Below the pieces are notes generated by a model. The model was given only the letters and a program-made list of their open reading frames with translations, ran no database searches and was not told where the DNA came from. Of a stretch of 64,000 bases of DNA, positions 42,085 to 52,853 are shown piece after piece. This DNA comes from Pelagomonas calceolata (Eukaryota). Position 1 is the first letter of the stretch; each line of letters begins with the position of its first letter. A program made the translations under genes and the position numbers. Where the stretch lies: positions 744,001-808,000 of the forward strand of contig CAKKNE010000004.1 in assembly GCA_918797485.1 (NCBI GenBank), written 5' to 3'.

Positions 42085-43803
42085 ATGGAGCCGGCAGCCA
42101 GCGAGGCTGACCCGGCGCGCCCGGCGGCCGAGGGCGCGAAGCGACTGCCGCCCGGGCGCGCGAAGCAGACCGAGAAGTCCTCGCTGCTCGCCGCAGCCCA
42201 GGGCCGCAAAGGCGACGACGCCGCGCCCACCGCGACCGCGAAACCGACACAAGGCCTCGCCGCGACCTTCGCGCTCTTCGTCATCTCGAGTTTGGGCAAC
42301 CGCCTCTTCCAGAAGCTCCAGACGATCCCCATGTACAACTACCCCATCACGGTGAACATCGTGTCGACCGCCGTTTATGTGCCGGTATGTTTTGCGTATA
42401 TAATACCTGCATCGTTGTGTCTCAATCCCTCACCGATCACCGCCGAGGAGCAGGCCATCCCGAAATCAGTGTTTGCGGTCATGGGCGCCTTAGATTGTCT
42501 CTCTTCAGTGATGCTGGTGTTGGCAGTCAATTATGTACCTAATGCCTCTACCTTAGTACTGTTGCAGCAGGCGGCCATACCTATAAGCATGGTCATTTCC
42601 GCGCTGGCGTTCGTCGGCGTGCGGTACGATCGCTTCCAAATTATTGGTGCTGGTGTAGTGTTATTGGGCATTGGCGTCGTGCTCTCGCCACAACTTGAAA
42701 CATCAGATTCGGAAGCGTCCTCGGGTACGGTGTTGTGGTCCCTCGTCACGGTCGCGGCCTGCGTGCCCATGTGCCTCTCGTCAGTATATAAGGAGAAAGC
42801 ATTAGGGGAACAAGACGTGGGCGTTATTTTTCTCAACGGGTGGGTTGCAGTTTTTCAGACGGTCATGTCGTTACCGCTGGCCATCCCGAGCGCCTGGGCG
42901 ACGCATCTCCCGCTGTCGGAGCTGCCGGATAATGTGGTCGACGGGTTTTCGTGTGTGCGGGGGATTGGGTCCGTGGGAGTCGTGCAGCCGGAACCGGGGT
43001 TGACCTATGACGACGACGACTTGTTCGCCTCCAATCCATCAGGGTATGATTTGCTGAACCCCAACGTCGATACTCGTCGACCGGACGACTGCGCGACGGC
43101 GCCGGCATATGTGACGTTGTATATCATCTTCAATCTGCTCTATAACGTCGCTACTATTTTAATGCTGAAGCAGGGCGGCTCCAATGTGTTATATTTAGCT
43201 TCTACGGTCCTCGTACCGATCTCGAACGTCATGTTTGCCTTACCTTGCATGCCCCAGCACCAGCCCGTCCATACCACCGATGTTTATGGGTTACTTGTTA
43301 TCATGCTCGGATTAACATTGTATCGAGCCGGGCAACAGATCGCTTCCAGACTGTCAGAACGGTGGTGTTCTCTCCAACGCAGACCGAGGATCTATTCCGA
43401 CCTCGAAGGCGACGTACCAACTCCTATACTGAGAGAAGTTGCTCAATCCCCCGGAGTGTTCCGGAGGGCTCGGACGGACGCCGCCCGTACTTTTAGAGCC
43501 GACCAGCTCGAGATGCTGCAGCCCATTTACGAGCAGCAGGAGCGACAGGCTCGGCGACGCCTCGTGAAGACGAACGCCCAGATCCGCCATACGCTTCTCA
43601 GGAGGCTGGGCTTCTCGCCGGACACGCAGGGCGTGCCCATTCCTGGGTCGCGACGGCAGTCGCCGGGCGACTGGCGGCGCACGACGGGGCGGTCGCCGCC
43701 GCTACCGCCGTCGGGCTTCGTGCCTTTGTCCGAAAGACGGCGCGCGCGGTCGTTCCAGGCGCGATCTCCCTCGCCGGCGCAACTCGAAGAACCTAGTCTA
43801 TAG
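42085..43803 (+). CDS. CRT-like (CLT) transporter, DMT superfamily
   Basis: ~10 TM; GNRLFQKL..PMYNYP, FAVMGALD, LLQQAAIPISM, LSSVYKE, GFSC..DDC loop, FNLLYN. Confidence 0.8.
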   Translation: MEPAASEADPARPAAEGAKRLPPGRAKQTEKSSLLAAAQGRKGDDAAPTATAKPTQGLAATFALFVISSLGNRLFQKLQTIPMYNYPITVNIVSTAVYVPVCFAYIIPASLCLNPSPITAEEQAIPKSVFAVMGALDCLSSVMLVLAVNYVPNASTLVLLQQAAIPISMVISALAFVGVRYDRFQIIGAGVVLLGIGVVLSPQLETSDSEASSGTVLWSLVTVAACVPMCLSSVYKEKALGEQDVGVIFLNGWVAVFQTVMSLPLAIPSAWATHLPLSELPDNVVDGFSCVRGIGSVGVVQPEPGLTYDDDDLFASNPSGYDLLNPNVDTRRPDDCATAPAYVTLYIIFNLLYNVATILMLKQGGSNVLYLASTVLVPISNVMFALPCMPQHQPVHTTDVYGLLVIMLGLTLYRAGQQIASRLSERWCSLQRRPRIYSDLEGDVPTPILREVAQSPGVFRRARTDAARTFRADQLEMLQPIYEQQERQARRRLVKTNAQIRHTLLRRLGFSPDTQGVPIPGSRRQSPGDWRRTTGRSPPLPPSGFVPLSERRRARSFQARSPSPAQLEEPSL

Positions 43804-44127
43804 TAACTGTGCTATTGTCCATATTCTTACTTCTAGGAAGCCGGCGCCGCGTCGAAGGCGTCTAGGCGGGCGCATATTTGCATTCGCTAGCGGTATTGGC
43901 TTTTACGCACTCCCCGGCGGCGGCGATGGTGTCTCGCGGGCGCTGGGTCCGGACTTCCGGCCGCTGTGGCATGAGCACCCGCCGGCAGGCGAGCGGATAC
44001 ACCTCCCGACGCTCCTCGCCGCCGCCGGCGCGGCATTCGTAGTACTTAGTTCACTGGCCCTCGCGGCTACGGATCCGAAGGCGGAGAACGTCGTGCTCGA
44101 CATGTTCGCCGGGGTATAATACTTACT

Positions 44128-45264
44128 CTAGAGCAGGCACGGCGTCCGCCCCAAACTTCCCTGCGTGCACCGGCCCTCCTTGCCGTTCTGCGAAGGATGC
44201 GCTAATTGAGTATTGACTCTTTGAGGAACATGAGAAGGCAGCCGTTCGATGGTGTAGTGCCCCACGATGTCGTAGGGCCTGCCTTCGAGCTCGCGGTCGC
44301 GGATGAACTGCTCGCGGACGTCCTTTCGCGGTTTTTCGTGTTTGGTGAACAACCTTTCATGGGTCGAGTGACTCGGCCGGCACTTGCCAAACGTCTTGGC
44401 CTGCAGGAACCGGTTCATTTCTTGTTTGAGACTTTCGTCGTGCTGGAAGGGGTCGTAGCCGTGCGTCGTTTCTCCACATAAGAGTTTCGTGAGATTCGCG
44501 CGTCTCGCGTCGCAACTCGCTTTGTGGTTCGCGTCCCTCCGCCGGATTTCCCGAGCCGCCTCCCCATAAACGTAGGAGTCGGGGTTCGCCGTGCTATCGA
44601 CGTTTAAAGCTCCCTGCGGGTGCCGGTCCCGCAACAAATGGTGCAGCCTTCTCGCTTGCAATTCGCCCCGCTTCACGGTGGCTCGAGCTCTTTCATTTTT
44701 TATTTGAAAATCCAACGCAGCTCTACGCTGAGCAGGTGTGATGAGCGCCCCTTTCTGCATGGAGAGCTGCGCAGCTTTATAGGCAGCCGGAGTGTCCGTT
44801 TTCACAACTTCCTCGGCTCTGGCAAACATGTTGACGAACGTCGGGGCGTCCTGGACGAGGGCGTCACCGTTGCCCGGTAAACGTTGCGAGAGCTGCTGCT
44901 CCACCGTGAGAGGCACCTCGGCTTCGGCGTGGGGCGGCGGCTTCTGGTGGCACAGAGCCCCGCCCTCCTTCGCCGGGCCGACCTCGAAGCACGCAAAACC
45001 GGCCATGCCTTGCGACGCGGCGTAGGGGTTCGCTACTCCTGGTAATGGTTTGGTGTCCAAGCGTGAAAACGGTCTTGGGTCGACTGACAGGCCGTCCCAG
45101 CTGGCGAACGTGCCCTGGCGCAGGCTCGCGCCGCCGCTCGCGACTGAACCACCGGTCATTGAGTTCCAGGGCCGGTTCTCGACGTAGGCGTCCAAAATGC
45201 TCGGGTCCATGGCCACGCGCTTGCCGTCCATGGCCGCCGAGGGCTTTCGTATGGGGCCGCCCAT
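44128..45264 (-). CDS. Hypothetical protein
   Basis: 378-aa ORF with protein-like composition, no recognised motif. Confidence 0.6.
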   Translation of the reverse strand: MGGPIRKPSAAMDGKRVAMDPSILDAYVENRPWNSMTGGSVASGGASLRQGTFASWDGLSVDPRPFSRLDTKPLPGVANPYAASQGMAGFACFEVGPAKEGGALCHQKPPPHAEAEVPLTVEQQLSQRLPGNGDALVQDAPTFVNMFARAEEVVKTDTPAAYKAAQLSMQKGALITPAQRRAALDFQIKNERARATVKRGELQARRLHHLLRDRHPQGALNVDSTANPDSYVYGEAAREIRRRDANHKASCDARRANLTKLLCGETTHGYDPFQHDESLKQEMNRFLQAKTFGKCRPSHSTHERLFTKHEKPRKDVREQFIRDRELEGRPYDIVGHYTIERLPSHVPQRVNTQLAHPSQNGKEGRCTQGSLGRTPCLL

Positions 45265-45754
45265 GCTTGCAAGGGGCTGCCCCGGGGCTTGCGGAGCAAC
45301 GACAAAGGCTCGGGTGCTGCTGCGGCGGGAGCGAGAGCACGCGTGGAGCTGCGTTTGGGCTGCCTCTCGCTGGATGCGGCCCGAGATTAGGAGGCGCGCG
45401 CTAATCTCTCACTGTGGCGCTGAGAGGTGTCCTAGTTACGGCTAGCGTGGGCTCTCCCACCAAGCATGCGGCTCTTGCGACGCGCAAACGGCTCTCGGGG
45501 CTGAGGAATCACGGGTCCTCGGGGGGGGGGGGGGGGCGCCTTGAAAAACCCGAACCCCATCTTGGCTGCGCGCACGAGCGCCCGCCAAAACGCTCCACAA
45601 CGCGCCCGTGGACTTCCAGAGGGCCGGAACCAGCTCAACAGGTCCGCCCGACAGCCACTACGACCGCTGCGCCCCCGGCGCCCGGCGCAAAGGGCCGTAT
45701 CGCCCCCGAAGCTAGACCGATCCCGCGACAGCAGCGGAGGCGCGCGACGCAGGA

Positions 45755-46849
45755 ATGGCCGTCCTCGTCCTCCAGAATAGGGACGCCGCGCCGCGCGTGC
45801 CGGCCCAGATCGCCCTCGACCCGAGCAACGAGAACGCGATTGTGGTCGGGCGGTCGCGGAAGGAGGCCGACGTGTGTTTGGACCTGCCGGCGCCGGCCCC
45901 TCCTTGCTTGATTTCCAGGAGGCACGCTCGTTTAAGAAGGGACGGGGCGTCGTGGTTCGTCTCCGACCTCGGGTCTCTCAACGGCGTGGCGGTCAACGAC
46001 GCTCGATTGCATCAAGAGCGGAAACTCGTAGAGGGCGACGTCGTGCGCTTCGGGGGCGCCGGCGGGGAAGAGCTCGGTGGCGAGTGCGCGACGTACGTGT
46101 TCAGTGCGAAGAGACGGTCGTCGCTGCTGAAGACGCCTTCGGCAAAAAAGAGGCGCGTCGAGCCTCCTACCAACCACGCTCTGGACGCGTCGAACGCGGC
46201 CTGCGCCGCCGCTCTATCAGCCGCCGACAAAGCGAGCGACGCTCACAACGCATCAAATGCAGCGTTTACTGCTTTACAGGAACATGGTGAAGGCGCGAGG
46301 AAAGTGCGGAGGACGGCTCTCAAAGCGTTGACGTGCGTGCCCTGCGGCAAGCCGTTAGCTTGTGCCGTCTCATTACCTTGTGGACATGCCATCGACGAGC
46401 AGTGTTTCCTCCAGCGGTGCTTCTCGCTGTCAGGCGATCCGACGACGTGCGCCTGCTGCGGCGAGCAGTTCCCGGCCTTCGCGAGCGCGTTGCGTAGAAG
46501 CGCGCACGTCGACGCGGCCGTCGACGCTTTAGTGTTGGGCGATCCTGCGTTGTTGGCCGCTCACGAGCGGCGCTTGGACGCGGCCGCGGCGGCGCGGAGA
46601 GATGCTGCTAGGAGGCTGGACGCGCTGCCGGACCCTTCATTGCGGCCGTTAGTGGAGTCGCTCGTGCTGGAACGGACGCCGTCGCAAGCTGATTTGGCCG
46701 TCGGCGCGTCTTCGTTGCTGGCGCCGGGTCGGTTGCTGCAGGCCGTCGCGGATTCATATGAAGAAGACGTCTGCGACGGGTGCGGCGAGCGGGGCCACGT
46801 CCAGGAGGACTGCCCGCACCGGTCTGAACTGGATGAAGACGAAGACTAG
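45755..46849 (+). CDS. FHA + RING + CCHC knuckle protein (CHFR/RNF8-like)
   Basis: VVGR..ISRRHARL..DLGSLNGVAVN..GDVVRFG; CVPC..LPCGH..C..CACC; CDGCGERGHVQEDC. Confidence 0.8.
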   Translation: MAVLVLQNRDAAPRVPAQIALDPSNENAIVVGRSRKEADVCLDLPAPAPPCLISRRHARLRRDGASWFVSDLGSLNGVAVNDARLHQERKLVEGDVVRFGGAGGEELGGECATYVFSAKRRSSLLKTPSAKKRRVEPPTNHALDASNAACAAALSAADKASDAHNASNAAFTALQEHGEGARKVRRTALKALTCVPCGKPLACAVSLPCGHAIDEQCFLQRCFSLSGDPTTCACCGEQFPAFASALRRSAHVDAAVDALVLGDPALLAAHERRLDAAAAARRDAARRLDALPDPSLRPLVESLVLERTPSQADLAVGASSLLAPGRLLQAVADSYEEDVCDGCGERGHVQEDCPHRSELDEDED

Positions 46850-46958
46850 AAGACATAAGAAGACAGTTACTATCACATTGGTGGTCGCGGCGACGGCGTC
46901 GAGGTAGTGCTATCGCTGACCGTGCGGCACCTCCACGCCATCGAGCAGACGCAGCATC

Positions 46959-48134
46959 TCACACCTTCCGCGCCGCCCGGTCCTTCTGGTGGTGCTGCGC
47001 GCCCTTGTTCTTCGTCTTGCGGCGCCGTTGTAAAGCGATCTGCTTCGCCGTCAACTCTTTCTTTGGCGCGGGCGCGGGCGCCGCACTCTTACTAGAATTG
47101 GCATTGCGCTGCGACGCCCAGTACGCCTCCTCTTCTTCGTCGGCTCGCACCAAAGCATTAGCCCGGCGCACGGCGTCCTGGTCCCCCGTTAATATGGTCG
47201 GCTCCTGGAGCCCGTCGTACCGGTCGTCGTAGTCGTCGTCGTAGACCGCGTTTCTCAATTGTTGATCCTCAGCTTCTTGCTTCTCGAGGGCTCGCAAGCG
47301 CGCCTTCTGCTGGCGTTTTGCTTCATTTTCATTGATGTCGCCCGTCCGCCGATTATCTCCGCGTACGGTGGCGATCTTGGCCAGCTGCGGGCTTAAGTGG
47401 GAGACGGCGGCTGGCGGGTTGTTATCTAACAAAGCTTCTACGACTCTCTCAGGATTCAAATCTAAAGCCGCGAGACACGCGGCGAGGTAGCCGTCGCCAT
47501 AGGCATCGCCTAGAATACCCTTGACGGCCTGCACGCCGCTTTCTACTCTAGACATCAAATCCGCCTCCTCCTTTGGTCGTGGCGGCGGCGGCGGCTGTAC
47601 AGCGGGTGCGTCGTCGTCGTCGTCAACGTCGGGCATCCGTGCTTTCGCAAGCACGTCCACCAAGTCGTCGAAGCCGGACTCGGCAGCCTTTGCGAGCAGC
47701 GGCGCGTCGTCTCCCGACACGAGGGCGCCGGCGATCCTCCGGTCGCAGGCCGCGAGGAAGGCCAAGACGTCTGCAGCGTCTTTGTCGAGGTGGCGCGCGA
47801 GGATTGGTGCGAAAGCAGCAAGTTCATCGACGCAGGGCGCCTCGCGGACGACGGCTCCGCAGAGCGCCGGCGACCGCTCCCTAAACACGCGCGCGCAGCC
47901 CACCAGCCGCGGCGCGCTCAGCTTGTGTCGCGCGAGCACTGTCAAAACGCGCTCGTCGAGGGGCCGCAGGGCGTCGCTTTCTCGTTGGGAGCGGTGCGCG
48001 AGGTACGAGTCGAGGAACGCGTCGACGTCTGGTGATGCCTTCGCGTCGCGTTTCTTGAGCAGTGCTGCGAGTGCTGCGACGGCGTCCGGCCGCGCGGCGT
48101 CGTTGTCGCTCGGGGCGAAGGGGCGCAGTGGCAT
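46959..48134 (-). CDS. CUE-domain protein, ASCC2/Cue3-like
   Basis: VKGILGDAYGDGYLAACL..ERVVEALLD (CUE); YDDDYDDRYD; basic C-terminus KNKGAQHHQKDRAARK. Confidence 0.7.
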   Translation of the reverse strand: MPLRPFAPSDNDAARPDAVAALAALLKKRDAKASPDVDAFLDSYLAHRSQRESDALRPLDERVLTVLARHKLSAPRLVGCARVFRERSPALCGAVVREAPCVDELAAFAPILARHLDKDAADVLAFLAACDRRIAGALVSGDDAPLLAKAAESGFDDLVDVLAKARMPDVDDDDDAPAVQPPPPPRPKEEADLMSRVESGVQAVKGILGDAYGDGYLAACLAALDLNPERVVEALLDNNPPAAVSHLSPQLAKIATVRGDNRRTGDINENEAKRQQKARLRALEKQEAEDQQLRNAVYDDDYDDRYDGLQEPTILTGDQDAVRRANALVRADEEEEAYWASQRNANSSKSAAPAPAPKKELTAKQIALQRRRKTKNKGAQHHQKDRAARKV

Positions 48135-48278
48135 CGCTGCGGTGCAGCGTGCAGCAGCGGCGCCGCGCGTTAGCGCAACTGCTTTACGCGTCGAGGGCGT
48201 GTCCGAGTGATCACGAGACAGCCTTTCACTGACGTTTAGTGGCTATGCGCTGCCAGTGAGGGCTGATGCGCCGATTTG

Positions 48279-48301
48279 CTAGTGTCTTACATGACGCTAG
48301 C
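48279..48301. promoter_or_regulatory. CTAG-bounded upstream motif
   Basis: ctagtgtcttacatgacgctagc in the divergent gap 48134(-)/48504(+). Confidence 0.55.
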
Positions 48302-48503
48302 TGCTTTTGTGCGCTGCTTTTTTGCACGTTCCTGCACGTAACTTTATTCACAACGGCACATAATAATCTTGTCCTGAGGCTACCGAGCCTGCACGCTGCT
48401 GTGAGGCGAGCGTTTGAATCGAGACACGTCCCGGAGACAATTCTCCTGAGAGCACGTGGCTGCAGCCGCCGCGAACGGACGAATTAAACCGCTGGACCGC
48501 AAG

Positions 48504-49223
48504 ATGGGCGAGTCGGAGGCGCAGCGCCCGCTCTACGGCCGTTTAATGAAAGCCATCGACGTGCAGCACACGTGGGGCAACCGCGTCGGCTTCGTGAAAC
48601 TGCCTTTGATCATGCTCGACATCCGGTTGTACGGGGGCGCGATCGCGCAGTTTTATATGGTGACGGAGGCCCTCGAGGCTCAACTGGAGAGGCACGCCGA
48701 TCACAAGCTCGTCGCGCACGTGCGAAGGGCGATCGCGCTCCCGGACCTCGCGCCGGGCTACGCGGCCGACCTGAGGCAGATCTTCGGGGATGGTGCGTGG
48801 CCCGCTCCGACGGCGGCGACGGACGAATACGTGGACGCGTTACGTCGAGCCGGCCCCGTCGAGCTCGTCGCGGCCCTGTTCATCCTGTACGGCGCGCTCG
48901 TCGTCGGCGGCGGGAAGCAGACGCAACGCAAGGTCAAGCGCTTATTACCGGGCTGCGACCACGTGCTCTTCGACGTAAGCGAGGACATGCGGGCCGCGCG
49001 GCGGCGCTTCAAGAACGCGTTCACGTCGATTGGTAAGGACCACGCGGGCGTCGCGGCGGTCGCGCCCGAGTGCGCCGACGACCTCGTGCGGTACGCTTCC
49101 CTATATATGCGCCGCAACAACGCGGTCGTCCTGTCCGTGCGCGTCACGCCGGGTTGGTTCTGGCCGGCGGTCGCGGTCGGCGCGGCGGCGGTCGCGGTCG
49201 CGGTGGCGCGGCGACGAAGGTGA
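48504..49223 (+). CDS. Heme oxygenase with C-terminal membrane anchor
   Basis: N-terminal His (DVQH), FYMVTEALE, ATDEYV, LYGALVVGGG distal helix, C-terminal hydrophobic tail. Confidence 0.7.
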   Translation: MGESEAQRPLYGRLMKAIDVQHTWGNRVGFVKLPLIMLDIRLYGGAIAQFYMVTEALEAQLERHADHKLVAHVRRAIALPDLAPGYAADLRQIFGDGAWPAPTAATDEYVDALRRAGPVELVAALFILYGALVVGGGKQTQRKVKRLLPGCDHVLFDVSEDMRAARRRFKNAFTSIGKDHAGVAAVAPECADDLVRYASLYMRRNNAVVLSVRVTPGWFWPAVAVGAAAVAVAVARRRR

Positions 49224-49334
49224 CTGGTCCTAAGAGCTTGTATTTGTGTGATTTGAGAAGTCGCAGCCCGCACGATAGATTTGGCTGAGCTCCGCGGGCC
49301 GCGGCCGGCTGCTGGCTGCCCCGTGCGAGACATC

Positions 49335-50705
49335 ATGGGTGCGTTCGCGAGCGTGCCCGACGACTGCCTCGACAAGGCGTCCGACTGGTTTGAGAAGAAG
49401 GACTTCCTGTGCCAGCGGGCCGTGTCGCCCCTCGCGCGGGCCGCAGCGCGACGGGGGATTAGGAGGAAAATCGTTCCTCGCCCACAGCCCCCGAATGCGT
49501 ATCCTCGCAAAGCCGACAGGCTGCCGGGTTTTGACCAGAATCTGCGAGTCGTTCGCTTTGACCCGGGGCCCGCGGGCTTCGCTGGCGCTGTTGTGGCGCC
49601 GCTGGAGATGAGTGCCTCGCCCCGCGCTGTGGAGGCGATGGGAAGGGTGTTTGGGGCGGGCTGCACGAATTTGGTTGCGTGCGGTGTATCTGTTCAATCA
49701 ATCGCTGCATTGCACTCGTTCGTAACCTCAACGAATGGCGGTCTGCTGGCGCTCTGCCTCACTGGTACTGCCGTGTCACCAGATGCACTGTTCCTAATGT
49801 GCCGAGCCTCGCCAAATTTACTCCATCTACGCGGCCCGCGATTCGTGAGCACTCCAGATGCTGCAATCGCCGCCATCGGCGAGGCCTGTCCCAAGCTACA
49901 AGACGTTGATTTCTCGACCCTAGGCAGTCACCTCGGGCCCGCGGAAAGATGGGGAAGAGTCTTTCCTCAGCTCCAATCGCTAGTAGTCTGCCCCGAGGAC
50001 CACGGCTACTACCAGCCGACGCGCCTCGACTACATCGCGGAGGCTGCACGAGTCTCAAGCGCCGTGAAGCTGGACGTCGACGGCTGCATCATAACGGAAT
50101 ATTTCGTAGCGAGTATCGTTGGCACCCCCGTCGGCGACCGCCTCACTCAATTTGGCACGAGTCATGGTTACAGGGACACTGTCATAGAGCTGGAGGCCTT
50201 TCTTGCCGCGGCGCGCGGTTTCCCCAACCTAACGGAGTTGTGCATTCCACAAGGAATGACGATCCCCAGTCCTCGCTTCATCGAGGACCTTTCGCGCCTG
50301 CGCAATTTCGAGAGCATCTTCATCGGCGCCGATGGGGTGACAAATGCGCACGTCCTTGCGTGTCTGCGCAACAATAGTTTGAAGAAGCTGGAGCTCATAT
50401 GGTGCTATGATATCACCCGAGACGTCCTCGACGATATAGTCTCGACTCAGGCCGCGACGCTGGAAGAACTCGCTATCATCTTATGCGCCGAAGATAGTCC
50501 GCACGATGACGACTTGTATTATCCGCTCGGAATTACCTTCAGCGCGCTTCTCCGGCTCGTACGAGCGTGCCCAAAGCTCACAAAGCTCCACTGGCAACAC
50601 GTTAGGAGAGATGGAGATGTGACGAGATCGATTCTTACGTCGGGAGGTACAATGTGTGAGATCCTCGCGGAAAGAGGTGGGAGATTCCGCCACGACTGGA
50701 CCTAA
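49335..50705 (+). CDS. Cys-containing LRR (FBXL-like) protein
   Basis: IAAIGEACPKLQDVDFS, FPNLTEL, LKKLELIWCYDIT, LVRACPKLTKL. Confidence 0.65.
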   Translation: MGAFASVPDDCLDKASDWFEKKDFLCQRAVSPLARAAARRGIRRKIVPRPQPPNAYPRKADRLPGFDQNLRVVRFDPGPAGFAGAVVAPLEMSASPRAVEAMGRVFGAGCTNLVACGVSVQSIAALHSFVTSTNGGLLALCLTGTAVSPDALFLMCRASPNLLHLRGPRFVSTPDAAIAAIGEACPKLQDVDFSTLGSHLGPAERWGRVFPQLQSLVVCPEDHGYYQPTRLDYIAEAARVSSAVKLDVDGCIITEYFVASIVGTPVGDRLTQFGTSHGYRDTVIELEAFLAAARGFPNLTELCIPQGMTIPSPRFIEDLSRLRNFESIFIGADGVTNAHVLACLRNNSLKKLELIWCYDITRDVLDDIVSTQAATLEELAIILCAEDSPHDDDLYYPLGITFSALLRLVRACPKLTKLHWQHVRRDGDVTRSILTSGGTMCEILAERGGRFRHDWT

Positions 50706-51006
50706 GAATATGTATTGTGCACTATCCCCCAAGTGCGTCGCCACGGCGTCTTGTAGCGACCCCTTGATGGATATATCGATCGATTGGGCCGGCGGCTAAA
50801 CCCGCACGCGTTTGTGAGAGCATTGAGTGCGCTTGCACGCAGAGCATCCATAAAAAACCTCCCAGCCAGCGCCCCGACCAGCCCAGGACCCCTCAGGACC
50901 TCCCCGAAAAGGGCCCAGACTCACACATCGCGTTCGACGGCGGGCCAGCCCAAAGCAGCCCCGAGGCCACAGGGCTGCCCCGCAACGCCGCCGACGCAGA
51001 GAAGCC

Positions 51007-51489
51007 ATGACCGCCGTCACCGGCGCCAACTTGCGAGGCGGCGAGGCCTACTGGGAGCTGAGCGGCCCCACACCGATCAATCGTACTGTGACGTGCCGCG
51101 CCTGCAAAAAAACCATCATGCGGGGCGAGTCCGTCATGGTGCGCGACGGCCGCAAGCTAAGGTTCCATTATCATACTTCATGCTTTTCCGGCGATGCTGA
51201 TCCTCGATCTCAAAAGAACTCCAGCTTCTCGACTCGGAACGACTACCACGCGAAGACGGCCCCAAAGCTTTCGTCGCTGGAAGGACCTCGAGCGTGTAGA
51301 GATGCGGATGGACGAAAACTAGGCAGGGAGGTCTTCAAGGACAAGGCGCCCGCTTCGGTAGGTGTCGGCAAGTGGAACAGCGGCCCGCTCGGTGTCAGCA
51401 GGGGCTACCACCCGCCCGCCCATACGCTGACCGTCGCCGATTTACCATGCGAGAAGGGCCGGCGACGGACGTATGATAACAACAAATAG
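51007..51489 (+). CDS. Small PARP-type zinc-finger-like protein
   Basis: RTVTCRACKKTIMRGE...YHTSCF (CxxC..HxxC). Confidence 0.6.
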   Translation: MTAVTGANLRGGEAYWELSGPTPINRTVTCRACKKTIMRGESVMVRDGRKLRFHYHTSCFSGDADPRSQKNSSFSTRNDYHAKTAPKLSSLEGPRACRDADGRKLGREVFKDKAPASVGVGKWNSGPLGVSRGYHPPAHTLTVADLPCEKGRRRTYDNNK

Positions 51490-52287
51490 TTAGTTCAGAG
51501 CGGCTAGCAACCGCCGGCGGCACCCTAGAGGCAAACCCAGCTCCTTGAGGTCCTCCTCCGTTAACAGCTTCAGAGTCGCTACGTCCTGGATACCTTCCTC
51601 CAAAAACCGGGGCCAGAACTCCCCGCCGCCCGCAGCTTTAACGAGCTGCTCCGCGAAGACGGCAGGAGAGAGGTCCTCCGTTGCCGACGAGGTCCACTCT
51701 GCTACAACATCAGGTACCTCACTCCAAGAACTCACGACGCCGTCCGCGAAGTCCTCCAGTAATGAATCCTGGAGGTACGTCTCCGAGCCCATGGCGGTGT
51801 ACGTTTTCTGCGTGCCCTCGGCGGGTGGTGTTGCCGATGATATGGCGTCATTCTGTCGTTCCTCTTCCTGTTTGATAAACACGCACCGCAGGCCCCGCCT
51901 ATGAGCTTCCAGTACATCATTCTGGAAGTCGACACCAACGCGACACCATCCATCGTCGTCGCCCAGCTCTACGTCAATCCTGGCATCAATATTTAACCTT
52001 TTCAAGGCCTCGACGCACGCGTCGAAGCCCTCACGCGCCGCGGCGGCCGGCGACGCGGACACGCCCCTAATAACGGGGCCGGGCCTTTGTGCTGGCGCTG
52101 GCTCTTTGCTGGCGCCGCCGCCGGCCCACATGGCCTCCCAGTCCGGCGCGGCGCTCTCCTCGGGCGGCAGCGTGCCCTGCTGCGTCGACGCTCGCCGGAG
52201 CAGCGGTGCCCTCCGGCGCGCGCGCGGCACCAGTGGCGCGGCGGGCGGCGCGACCGCGGCGAGGGCTATGAGTTTGATCAATGCCAT
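51490..52287 (-). CDS. Protein with targeting peptide and C-terminal SAM domain
   Basis: FLEEGIQDVATLKLLTEEDLKELGLPLGCRRRLLAAL. Confidence 0.7.
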   Translation of the reverse strand: MALIKLIALAAVAPPAAPLVPRARRRAPLLRRASTQQGTLPPEESAAPDWEAMWAGGGASKEPAPAQRPGPVIRGVSASPAAAAREGFDACVEALKRLNIDARIDVELGDDDGWCRVGVDFQNDVLEAHRRGLRCVFIKQEEERQNDAISSATPPAEGTQKTYTAMGSETYLQDSLLEDFADGVVSSWSEVPDVVAEWTSSATEDLSPAVFAEQLVKAAGGGEFWPRFLEEGIQDVATLKLLTEEDLKELGLPLGCRRRLLAALN

Positions 52288-52514
52288 CCTTGCCGCTCTC
52301 AACGGATGCGCCGACAACGCCCCGCCGCGCAGCGGCAACAGCACGCTCTCTTTGTTGCTTGAGAGCGCTCTCCCTGGCGTTCAGCCCTGCACGATCAAGC
52401 TACGCTACGAGCAGCGATGCGTGGCCACCAATGATGCACGACTGCGTGCCGCAACGGCTCTCGTCACGCCGCCAGCAGGCTGGCGCATGCAGCTTTGCTT
52501 GCTTGCTGGCATCC

Positions 52515-52537
52515 CTAGTGTCTTACAGGCCGCTAGC
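52515..52537. promoter_or_regulatory. CTAG-bounded upstream motif
   Basis: ctagtgtcttacaggccgctagc in the divergent gap 52287(-)/52854(+). Confidence 0.55.
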
Positions 52538-52853
52538 TCGCAGCTGAGGAGCTGTTGACGGGGTCTTCAGGAAAGCTCGGAAGGCGCAGGGTCGTGAGAG
52601 CACTAGTGCGACGGAGCTGGACCGCGCCGCGCTGGGAGAGCTGCAGCGCCGCGCCTCTGTGTGCCATCAAAGGCGCCGCCCAGCTCGGCAGGGCTCGCCG
52701 TGGCGCGTCCGGCTCTGCCCCGTATTATTATCCACACGCGTTGCACGCGATTGGGCAGCGGCCGCTTTTCATTGGGCAGCCCCATTAGTCTCTGGGAGCC
52801 AGCGCCGAACGCCGCCGACGGGGCCCGGACGCGCGTCGCACGCCGTCGGCGCG

